In this document: positions 48,034-64,000 of the stretch, one piece after another
How positions within the stretch are numbered: the stretch's first letter is position 1
How the letters are laid out: each line of letters starts with the position of its first letter
From: Macrostomum lignano
Lineage: Eukaryota
Assembly (NCBI GenBank): GCA_002269645.1
Contig: NIVC01000363.1
Coordinates: forward strand, 588,231-652,230
Reading direction: 5' to 3'
DNA length: 64,000 nucleotides
Notes under the pieces: generated by a model
Told to the model about the DNA's origin: nothing
Seen by the model: only the letters and a program-made list of their open reading frames with translations
The model's database searches: none
Translations under genes and position numbers: made by a program

Positions 48034-48835
48034 ATGTGTAAGTAATATTTATCCACTCTTGTTTCGATTTTGAATAGCATTTGTTCAGCCGTATTTGATG
48101 TCAACAGTGTACGTATTAGTTAAGAGTCGATATAAATGTACTGATATTAGGCAGTCTCTAGCAGAATGTACACAAACTAGAAAGTTCACTCTAGTTTACA
48201 TACGTTAGAATTACTGTACTTAAAATTGTACGTAGTCTAAACAGAGTTAGATAAATGCACGTAGGCTAGGCTGGCTTAGAGGGTTGGAGAAATGTACGCA
48301 GGCTAGGCTGGGTTAGAGGGTTGGAGAAATGTACGCAGGCTAGGCTGGGTTAGAGGGTTGGAGAAATGTACGCAGGCTAGGCTGGGTTAGAGGGTTGGAG
48401 AAATGTACGCAGGCTAGGCAGGGTTAGAGGGCTAGATAAATGTACGCAAGCTAGGCTGGGTTAGAGTGTTGGAGAAATATACGCAGGCTAGGCAGGGTTA
48501 GAAGGCTACAGAAATGTACATCGCAGCGAATGAACGAATCTACATAGCCTTCGCCCCATCCACCGCGCCACCGATCGACACGCAAAGCCGACCACAAATC
48601 CTGCAAGCCATGCGGCGACACTCAGCAGAAGCATTCGGCCGAATTGTGCGGCGAAAAGTGCAAATGCCCGCCTAGCGATTGCAACTCCGGCGATTGCTGC
48701 CAGAAAAACGACTGCTGTCAGTCGGAGGCTGGGAAGCAGCATCATCATCATCAGCACGGCGAGGGCGGTCACCGCCATCATCATCAGCACGAGCCTGGTC
48801 ACCAGGGGCACCATCACTCGGATCACAAGCACTGA
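48034..48835 (+). CDS. 83-aa Cys-rich/His-rich metallothionein-like protein. Exons 48034-48037 and 48588-48835.
   Basis: ATG T|GTAAGT joins AAAG|CC GAC to give MSDHKSCKPCGDTQQKHSAELCGEKCKCPPSDCNSGDCCQKNDCCQSEAGKQHHHHQHGEGGHRHHHQHEPGHQGHHHSDHKH (10 Cys, 18 His). Confidence 0.75.
48255..48510. repeat. 37-bp minisatellite in the intron of the Cys/His gene
   Basis: Period 37 (48294, 48331). Confidence 0.9.
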
Positions 48836-49249
48836 ATGTGACGCAAAATGAGCAATCAAAACTACACTGAACGTTTATTGGACTCATGTGTTTTGCTGTT
48901 GTTGGTATTATAGAACAATTATTCAGCTTTATGAAACACTGTTGCTTTTTTACATAACAAACAGCTATTAATACAAGCAACTTTATCCAGCTGTAGTGAA
49001 ATATGAGCTATTCAGAATTTTCAAACGTAAATATACAAAACAAAAAATACAGTTCAACAAGGACGGTGGTGTGCGGGTGCAATAAAATTATCGATCGCCT
49101 TCTCTAACCCCCGTTTCTCTCTCTACTGTGACTCCGCAGTTCAGGGTGATTGACTGAATGCTTGAGAGACTAGCTGAGGATGTCCAGCAGTTGAGGCTTG
49201 CCCACTGTCCAGTCTTAATCAGCGAAACTAGAGGAATTCGCAACAGGGT

Positions 49250-49490
49250 GTCCATAGTCACCTGGCGCCATCTGTTGAAGATTTTCGGCGTCGCCGCGGT
49301 CTTGTCTGGGCTGCCTTTCGTTCTGAGAGGGCGGTCCTGCAGTCCGAGGCCCAACCTGACCGCCAGAGGGCGGCGTTGTTCCAGGCGGTGGTCGAGACCG
49401 TTCTGTTGTACAACGCCGAGGCCTGGGACGCTGACGGAGCAACAAGTTGACGCGGCCCGCACTCGGCGTCTCGTTGACTGCCTGCTGGCT
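49250..49490 (+). mobile_element. Fragment of an RTE-like non-LTR retrotransposon (end of RT/thumb region)
   Basis: EDFRRRRGLVWAAFRS...ALFQAVVETVLLYNAEAW-TL matches the AWAAF...LF...V..VLLY..E.WTL motif; frameshifted. Confidence 0.8.
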
Positions 49491-50289
49491 GACGCCGGCA
49501 CCCCGGATGGTGCTGGCGCCCCTGGTGCTGGCGCCCCTGGTGCTGGCGCCTCTGGTGTTAAAGCCCCTGGTGCTAAAGCCCTTGGTGCCGGTTGAATTTG
49601 TTTTAGAAACGCTAACTGAAACTGCAATTAACTTCTGTGCGTTTGACGACTTTATAGTTAAGGATAAGTGCACCGTGTATGACACATATTTAGTTTATTT
49701 ATTTAGATATACAGGATATTGCACGTATTATCGTAATAAAATATTTGCCGAAGTTGGCTGCAGTAGATAACGTACTCAATGAAAAAAATAATGCTCATTT
49801 TAGCTGCTAGGATAGCCGTACAAACTATAATGTGCTCTTCTATTCGTATCTCTGTGCCCTAAAACCTTTGGGTCACTGCGGCAAGCAAAGGTGACGACTG
49901 CATAGTACAGCGGAGCAGGCTCATCGGCAGGCATGGAGCAAACTAAACAGAAAATAATAAAATAAAAATATCAAACAAAAAATCCGGTTTGTTACGCTCG
50001 TACGCTCGTAAAAAGTTACGCTCGTACGAGGGGAAAGGTAATATTCACAAAAATTAAAATAAATCAACGGCATCGAGACGTCACTTCTGCAGTCAATAAC
50101 TTTTCAAAACAGTTGGCAAGAAGTGCCGAGACATCCCACCCAGATCCCTTCCTTTGGTCTCTCATAAAGATAAATGGGATAAAAAGAATGAACCCAAAGT
50201 TGAAAGGATTGCGCATTTTTTCATGTTTTATTTCGTTGTTCGCTACAAACTGTCTGAGAACTTCAGTCTCTTATTACCGAAGCTAACCC

Positions 50290-52245
50290 AATCCTAAATC
50301 CTAAACCCTATCCTCCTATACTAAATCTTCTTAAATACTAAAACCTAATCTAAATCCTAAACCCTATCTTAAATCCTAAACCCTATCTTAAATCCTAAGC
50401 CCTATCCTAAATCCGCTCTATCCTAAACCCTATCCTAAACCCTATCCTAAACCCTACCCTAAACCCTACCCTAAACCCTATCCTAAACCCTATCCAAAAC
50501 CCTATCCTAAACCCTATCCTAAACCCTATCCTAAACTATCCTAAACCCTACCCTAAACCCTATCCTAAACCCTATTCTAAACTATCCTAAACCCTATCCT
50601 AAACCCTATCCTAAACCCTATCCTAAACCCTATCCTAAACCCTATCCTAAACCCTATCCTAAACCCTATTCTAAATCCTATTCTAAACTATCCTAAACCC
50701 TATCCTAAACCCTATTCTAAACTATCCTAAACCCTATCCTAAACCCTATCCTAAACCCTATCCTAAACCCTATTCTAAACTATCCTAAACCCTATCCTAA
50801 ACCCTATTCTAAACCGTATTCTAAACTATCCTAAACCCTATCCTAAACCCTATCCTAAACCCTATCCTAAACCCTATCCTAAAGCCTATCCTAAACCCTA
50901 TCCTAAACCCTATCCTAAACCCTATCCTAAACCCTATCCTAAAGCCTATCCTAAACCCTATCCTAAACCCTATCCTAAACCCTATCCTAAAGCCTATCCT
51001 AAACCCTATCCTAAACCCTATCCTAAACCCAATCCAAAACCCTATCCTAAACCCTATCCTAAAGCCTATCCTAAACCCTATCCTAAACCCTATCCTAAAC
51101 CCTATCCTAAAGCCTATCCTAAACCCTATCCTAAACCCTATCCTAAACCCAATCCAAAACCCTATCCTAAACCCTATCCTAAAGCCTATCCTAAACCCTA
51201 TCCTAAACCCTATCCTAAACCCTATTCTAAACTATCCTAAACCCTATCCTAAACCCTACCCTAAACCCTATCCTAAACGCTATCCTAAAGCCTATCCTAA
51301 ACCCTATCCTAAACCCTATCCTAAACCCTATCCTAAAGCCTATCCTAAACCCTATCCTAAACCCTATCCTAAACCCAATCCTAAACCCTATCCTAAACCC
51401 TATCCTAAACCCTATCCTAAACCCTATCCTAAACCCTATCCTAAACCCTATCCTAAACCCTATCCTAAAGCCTATCCTAAACCCTATCCTAAACCCTATC
51501 CTAAACCCTATCCTAAACCCTATCCTAAACCCTATCCTAAAGCCTATCCTAAACCCTATCCTAAACCCTATCCTAAACCCAATCCAAAACCCTATCCTAA
51601 ACCCTATCCTAAAGCCTATCCTAAACCCTATTCTAAACTATCCTAAACCCTATCCTAAACCCTATCCTAAACCCTATCCTAAACCCTATCCTAAACCCTA
51701 TCCTAAACCCTATCCTAAACCCTATCCTAAAGCCTATCCTAAACCCTATCCTAAACCCTATCCTAAACCCAATCCAAAACCCTATCCTAAACCCTATCCT
51801 AAAGCCTATCCTAAACCCTATTCTAAACTATCCTAAACCCAATCCAAAACCCTATCCTAAACCCTATCCTAAAGCCTATCCTAAAGCCTATCCTAAACCC
51901 TATCCTAAACCCTATCCTAAACCCTATTCTAAACTATCCTAAACCCTATCCTAAACCCTATCCTAAACCCTATCCTAAACCCTATCCTAAACCCTATCCT
52001 AAACCCTATCCTAAACCCTATCCTAAACCCTATCCTAAACCCTATCCTAAACCCTATCCTAAAGCCTATCCTAAACCCTATCCTAAACCCTATCCTAAAC
52101 CCTATCCTAAACCCTATCCTAAAGCCTATCCTAAACCCTATCCTAAACCCTATCCTAAACCCAATCCTAAACCCTATCCTAAACCCTATCCTAAAGCCTA
52201 TCCTAAACCCTATTCTAAACTATCCTAAACCCAATCCAAAACCCT
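50290..52245. repeat. 12-bp telomere-like satellite (CCCTATCCTAAA)n, ~2 kb
   Basis: Minus strand reads (TTTAGGATAGGG)n. Confidence 0.95.
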
Positions 52246-52438
52246 CGACAGGGCTAGGTATAGGGATGACTAAACGTGCTAAGTGACTTGACCGCGCAAA
52301 TGTTAAATTTCGCTATTCAGAAAAAGACCGCTAAGTTTCTTCATCTGATAGCGTCAGGTTGAAGACACTCGGAATGCAATACGCAGTTAAATACCTGTAA
52401 AGAGATCGCTATCTAAAGCTGACAACTGACACGCGAAT

Positions 52439-58465
<6,027 letters not shown>

Positions 58466-58619
58466 CTGCCAGATGAAGGTTAGAAATTCAATACTGCGTT
58501 CTTGTAACTGCAGCATGGCATTGGATGGATCAGCTCTAGGCTCCTGCCCGCGGGCCCGCAAAGCCTCTCTATCCGGCCCTCGATCCTTTTTAACTTCACA
58601 ATAGCAATCCGATCCTCTT

Positions 58620-59829
58620 CTCAGCTCCCTTCTCTGTAATCTCCTCTCTCTTTTTCTCTCCTCACTCCCTCTTATCTCTTCTCTTATCTCCTCTCTTGTC
58701 TCGTCTCTCTTCTCTCCTCTCTCATCTCTTTTCTCTCCTCTCTCCTCTCTCATCTCTTTTCTCTTATCTCCTCTCTTTTCTCCTCTCTCCTCTCTCCTCT
58801 CTCCTCTCTCCTCTCTCCTCTCTCCTCTCTCCTCTCTCATCTCTTCTCTCTCCTCTCTCCTCTCTCCTCTCTCCTCTCTCCTCTCTCCTCTCTCATCTCT
58901 TCTCTCTCCTCTCTCCTCTCTCCTCTCTCCTCTCTCCTCTCTCCTCTCTCATCTCTTCTCTCTCCTCTCTCCTCTCTCCTCTCTCCTCTCTCCTCTCTCC
59001 TCTCTCCTCTCTCATCTCTCCTCTCTTCTCTCTCCTCTCTCCTCTCTCCTCTCTCATCTCTTCTCTCTCCTCTCTCCTCTCTCCTCTCTCCTCTCTCCTC
59101 TCTCCTCTCTCCTCTCTCCTCTCTCATCTCTTCTCTCTCCTCTCTCCTCTCTCCTCTCTCCTCTCTCCTCTCTTCTCTCTCCTCTCTCCTCTCTCCTCTC
59201 TCCTCTCTCCTCTCTCCTCTCTCCTCTCTCCTCTCTCCTCTCTCCTCTCTCGTCTCCTCACTCCTCTCTCCTCTTTTTATTCTCTCACCTCTCTTTTCTC
59301 CCCTCTCCTCTCTCCTTCTTCCTCTCTCTTCTCTTTTCTCCTCTCTCCTCTCTCCTCTCTCCTCTCTCATCTCTTCTCTCTCCTCTCTCCTCTCTCCTCT
59401 CTCATCTCTTCTCTCTCCTCTCTCCTCTCTCCTCTCTCATCTCTCCTCTCTTCTCTCTCCTCTCTCCTCTCTCCTCTCTCATCTCTTCTCTCTCCTCTCT
59501 CCTCTCTCCTCTCTCCTCTCTCCTCTCTCCTCTCTCCTCTCTCCTCTCTCATCTCTTCTCTCTCCTCTCTCCTCTCTCCTCTCTCCTCTCTCCTCTCTCC
59601 TCTCTTCTCTCTCCTCTCTCCTCTCTCCTCTCTCCTCTCTCCTCTCTCCTCTCTCCTCTCTCCTCTCTCCTCTCTCCTCTTCATCTCTCCTCTCTTCTCT
59701 CTCCTCTCTCCTCTCTCCTCTCTCATCTCTTCTCTCTCCTCTCTCCTCTCTCCTCTCTCTCTCTCCTCTCTCCTCTCTCTCTCTCTCCTCTCTCCTCTCT
59801 CCTCTCTCCTCTCTCCTCTCTCCTCTCTC

Positions 59830-59865
<36 letters not shown>

Positions 59866-59950
59866 CTCTTTTCTCCCCTCTCCTCTCTCCTTCTTCCTCT
59901 CTCTTCTCTTTTCTCCTCTCTCCTCTCTCCTCTACTCTCTCCTCTTATTC
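58620..59950. repeat. Polypyrimidine (TCCTCTC)n low-complexity array
   Basis: Direct reading; source of the 420-aa Leu/Ser ORF and the ERGERRE ORFs. Confidence 0.97.
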
Positions 59951-59984
59951 GCCTCTAAGAAGTCATGCGCTAAGTTCTCGATTA

Positions 59985-61308
59985 GGCGACCTGGCGGCTC
60001 TGCGGACGGAGGTCGAAGAGCTGGAAATCAAGGCGCTGACGCGGTGCCGTGCTCAACTGCAGCGCGAGCTCAACGAAAATCAGACTGCTGCCTCCTCTCA
60101 AGGTGAGCCACAGCTTTTCCTGCTGGTGTGCATGAGGCCTTTTTATCTTGCGCAGGTGTAGAGAGCGGTCAGTCGGCCAGAAAGCGCAGCCGGGCCTACC
60201 TGATCCGAGACTTTGTCAAGCCCAACGCCAATCAGTCAGGCGAAAGCCTGACCGCCTGCGTGGAAAACGGCAACCTGGTGTTCAAAAAGCAGCCGCCAAA
60301 CCTAAGCAAGATTTCCACCGGCCAATGGATCTCTGGCAATGCTCAAATCCTACAGCGCCTGATTGACGACGGGTCTGTGAACACCAGCGAGCTGAGAGGC
60401 TACCTGCTGTACTCCCAGAAGATCGGCGAACTCCTGGACGCCAACTACAGCCCAAACGTTGTGTGGGAGTTCGATGAAGACTACAGGAAGCTGATGGCCG
60501 AGTCAGACTTGCATCAGTGGGGGTGCGAACCCCCGCAGCTGTACCATCGCCACCTGAACGCTCCACGCAATCTGAAGGTCACTTTAGACCGACCCGGTAT
60601 CTCGCAGCCGCAGGCGCCCGTCTGCCTGAGCTTCAACTCACCAGCTGGCTGTCAACGGTCCAGCTCCAGGTACCGGCACGTCTGCCTGAGCTTCAATTCA
60701 CCAGCTGGCTGTCAACGGTCCAGCTCCAGGTACCGGCACGTCTGCCTGAGCTTCAACTCAACAGCTGGCTGTCAACGGTCCAGCTCCAGGTACCGGCACG
60801 TCTGCCTGAGCTTCAACTCACCAGCTGGCTGTCAACGGTCCAGCTCCAGGTACCGGCACGTCTGCCTGAGCTTCAACTCAACAGCTGGCTGTCAACGGTC
60901 CAGCTGCAGGTACCGGCACGTCTGCCTGAGCTTCAACTCACCAGCTGGCTGTCAACGGTCCAGCTGCAGGTACCGACGCGTCTGCCTGAGCTTCAACTCA
61001 CCAGCTGGCTGTCAACGGTCCAGCTGCAGGTACCGGCACGTCTGCCTGAGCTTCAACTCACCAGCTGGCTGTCAACGGTCCAGCTGCAGGTACCGGCACG
61101 TCTGCCTGAGCTTCAACTCACCAGCTGGCTGTCAACGGGGTCCAGCTGCAGGTACCGGCACGTCTGCCTGAGCTTCAACTCACCAGCTGGCTGTCAACGG
61201 TCCAGCTGCAGGTACCGACGCGTCTACAAGCTGCCTGGCTGCGGCAAGCCGCATCCCGCCCAAATGCATCGTCAGAGCAGCGATGCGGCGGAGGGGTCAA
61301 AAAACTAG
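59985..61308 (+). CDS. Gag-like ORF1 with coiled coil and tandem CCCH zinc fingers
   Basis: YLIRDFV, QWISGNAQIL, YSQKIGELL and FDEDYRKLM..WG motifs; 60-bp repeats encoding VCLSFNSPAGCQRSSCRYRH. Confidence 0.8.
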
Positions 61309-61428
61309 ATTTATTTTATAGCCACCATGCTTTTATCCCCCACCCGCCCCCATCCCATTGCTTGCATCCCCTCACCCTGCCCGCCAACCCGACCCGCCTC
61401 CCACGCCGCATCGGGTGCTGTCTTCTGA

Positions 61429-62278
61429 AATGAACCTGGCTTCTTGAAATCTTCTGCTACGCAACGACCCAGACGAGAGATTCCTCCGAAAAGGCCTTCA
61501 TAACGGCTTCCGCCTCATCAACAAGCCTCCGCCTGCCTTCACGCATTCTTCCAACTACCGTTCTGCTACTGACCATGCCGAGCAGGTTGACAAGCAACTC
61601 TCCGAAGAGCTCCGCCTTGGCCGCTTAAAACCCGCTAGCGGATGCGTCATGGTGAATGCTATCCCTAAGTCTGACGGCAGCGTTCGGATAATTCAAACAT
61701 CCATGGTCAACGACAGTTATCAGCAGGAGCGGAGTCTGAGATTCTCGTCCGTGCAGGATCTGCTGCGTCACATCCGGCCCGGCTCGTTTATCGGCAAGGT
61801 CGATCTGAAGCAGGCCTACCGCTCTGTCGGCATCCACCCGGACGATCAGGCGTTGACGGGCCTCAGCTGGCGTTTCGCAGCTGACACCGAATCCTCGGTG
61901 TTCATCGACACCCGGCTGCCATTCGGTGCCCGGGCCTCTTGCGAGATCTTTCACCGTCTCTCAGCCGCCATTCATCGCCACATGCTTAGGCAAGGCTTCC
62001 AAGCTACGGTCAACTACCTGGACGACTGGGCGGTTGCGGCGACTCACAGGAAGCCGCTGAATGCGCTTACGCCTACCCGGTGCACCTCCCCAAAGCCCTG
62101 GGCTTCACCATCAACTAGAGCAAGTCCACGGCCGCAACGCAGCGGATGGTCTTCCTCGGCGTTCAAATCGACACAATTGACGGCACACTGTCGCTGCCCA
62201 TGGACAAGGCCGCCGGCACTAGGATTTGCTGAAGGACTGCCTCTCCGCGACATCGTCAAGCTCTAGCAGCTGGAGAGG
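61429..62278 (+). CDS. DIRS/Ngaro-type reverse transcriptase (frameshifted)
   Basis: NDPDERFLRKGLHNGF, AIPKSDG, KVDLKQAYRSV, RLPFGARAS and NYLDD. Confidence 0.92.
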
Positions 62279-62318
62279 CTAGCCGGGAAGCTGTGCTGGT
62301 TGGGCCAGATCAACAAAC

Positions 62319-62860
62319 TTGCTGCGTCCATTTCTTCGCCGCTTTTTGACCTCATCAGCGACGGTCGGGATCTCCGGCTGCCTCAAGAAGCTCGCGATCT
62401 GCTGCAATGGTGGCTGCAGGCAGTGGATTCGCTTCCACCTACGCCGCTGCACCCGCACTTTTATCATTTTGGTGGCCATCGAGTCCGACAGCAGCTCCGA
62501 GGGCGCCGCTGGCATCGTAAGCGGCACCCACTTCAACGACTGGGTGTACTTCAGCTGGGAGCACGACTTTGAGTCAGAGCTCAAAGATCTCCACATCAAC
62601 TACAAGGAGGCCCTGGCTCCGCTCCTCACCATCCTGCGCTTCCACGAGCAGCTCAGCAGCAGCCGGGTGGTGGTCTACTCCGACAGCACGGCTGCAGTCG
62701 GCATGATCAACAAGCTGTCCTGCAGGAATCCATCGCTTATTCGAATCTACCAGACGGTGGCCCTCCTGTGCCTCGAGTCTGGGATCCAGCTGCAGGCGTT
62801 TCACCTTCCCGGTCACATGCAGCTCACTAGCGACTCGGCCTCTCGGATGCTGAGCTCAAA
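62319..62860 (+). CDS. DIRS-type RNase H
   Basis: ESDSS, HINYKEALA, YSDSTAAV and HLPGHMQLTSDSASR. Confidence 0.88.
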
Positions 62861-62892
62861 GCATGAGCTCGTGAACTTTTGCTGTCGCCACT

Positions 62893-63775
62893 ATGGCTCT
62901 CTGTGTGTCTGTCCTAATGAATTTTTCTCACACACCATCTCTGCCGCGTCCCGCATCACTCTCCTTTCACAGGTCGCAGCGCGCTCCCCACCGCCACGCC
63001 GTGTCCGTGCCCATCCTGTGCCGCCTGTCGCTCGCACCCAGCACCTGGAAGTCGTATGCCAGCCACCTGCGGCTCTGGAGGGAGTTCTGTCGACAGCAGC
63101 GGGTCTTCCCCACGGCCGCATCGAAGTCAGACGTCTGCAACTTCACCGCCTTCCTATTGGAGCGAGGCTGCGCCTCCTACTCAAGCGTGCAGACCAGCCT
63201 CAGCGCAGTTCCTTCATCCACAGGGCGACGGCAGCACCGGACCCCACCAAGGACAACGCCCGGCTGGCTCTCGTCTGCCGCGGAGCCCGACGCCTACTAA
63301 GCAGGCAGCCACGCAGGGCAGAGCCACTGCAGCCGCATCATCTCCGCCTGCTCTGCAACAGCCCTCTGCTTCAGCAATTGCCCCGGCGGCCTCCGCCTGA
63401 CCATCGGCAAGTCCAAGACAAACCAGTTCAAGGAGCGTCAGCTGCTGGTGTTCCTTCCGCCAATGCACCGACTGTCCACCGATCTGCCCGGTCTCTGTCC
63501 TCGCCACTAATCTGCGTGAGTGGCGAGGGCCGCACCAGCTCTCTTCGCTGTCCTGGGCGCCCGCAGAGTCCCGTTGGCTGCCTCGAGCTTCATCGCCTGC
63601 TCAAGCGGGGCCTGTCGATCTGCGGCATCCCTGAGGAAAACTTTCTCTGGCCACAGTCTGCGCAGGCGGCGGAGCCAGCGCCGCCTTCCAGGGTGCCTCT
63701 CCGTGGCCGACATCCGCTGCCTTGGTGACTGGCGCTCCGACTCCGTCTTCCGCTATTCTCGGACGATGCAGCTTT
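62893..63775 (+). pseudogene. Tyrosine recombinase, frameshifted and apparently internally deleted
   Basis: SLAPSTWKSY (N-terminal domain), IGKSKTNQF, SGHSLRR and GDWRSDSVFRY. Confidence 0.85.
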
Positions 63776-64000
63776 TGCCCGCAGGAGCTCCGCCGTCCAG
63801 CGGATTGCTGCTTCTATTAATTATCACTAACTTCCCCACTTCTTCTTTTTTCGGGGTTGGGGTCGCCTTCCCCACCTCGTCGCTGCTTTGTGCTCACTGC
63901 CAACCCGCCGCCTTTGCCTTCCTTTTGCTGCTTGTGGGGTTGCGGCGTTGATAATCTTTATCATTTTATTTGACCTTGTACAGATCAGAAGCCCCCTATG

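Larger units (their letters stand above)
59985..64000 (+). mobile_element. Tyrosine-recombinase retrotransposon (DIRS/Ngaro-like), frameshifted; termini not resolved
   Basis: Gag-like ORF, then RT, RNase H and YR; no DAM-methyltransferase domain after RH, which favours Ngaro-like. Confidence 0.92.

Noticed and set aside
49088-49770. Collagen-like APG repeat ORF
   Set aside because: Only a few 15-bp repeats beside an RTE fragment; no Gly-X-Y run or splice support
50290-52245. True chromosome telomere
   Set aside because: Flanked by unique sequence on both sides; the unit is not TTAGGG
58696-59958. 420-aa Leu/Ser ORF and antisense ERGERRE ORFs
   Set aside because: Product of the (TCCTCTC)n low-complexity tract
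60128-61171. Host zinc-finger gene
   Set aside because: N-terminal motifs and adjacency to RT/RH/YR identify it as retrotransposon ORF1

Overview
This is eukaryotic (animal) genomic DNA, not prokaryotic. It has GT-AG spliced genes and nearly every long intron carries its own minisatellite. The repeat landscape and an RTE-like fragment suggest a Macrostomum-like flatworm (inference). Host genes: a CDK11/PITSLRE kinase (-), a BTB-BACK-PHR protein (-), a C3G/RAPGEF1-like Rap GEF spread over about 18 kb (+), a tiny two-exon Cys-rich/His-rich metallothionein-like gene (+), and a minus-strand gene encoding a long charged helix followed by what looks like a dynein-type microtubule-binding domain with no motor in view. 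Mobile elements: a complete 10,185-bp Ty3/Gypsy LTR retrotransposon (15900-26084, -; 1133-bp LTRs, TATA target-site duplication, PBS, PPT, -1 slippery site), an internally deleted mariner, a tRNA-derived SINE and several tRNA-like heads, an RTE-like fragment, a possible Merlin remnant, and a tyrosine-recombinase (DIRS/Ngaro-like) retrotransposon running to the window end. Best leads: the motor-less dynein-MTBD-like protein; the Cys/His bipartite metal-binding peptide; the ~370-aa extra domain on the Gypsy integrase; and the YR retrotransposon whose Gag has a 10x amplified zinc finger and an apparent spliceosomal intron. All family assignments come from motif recognition by eye; no searches were run.
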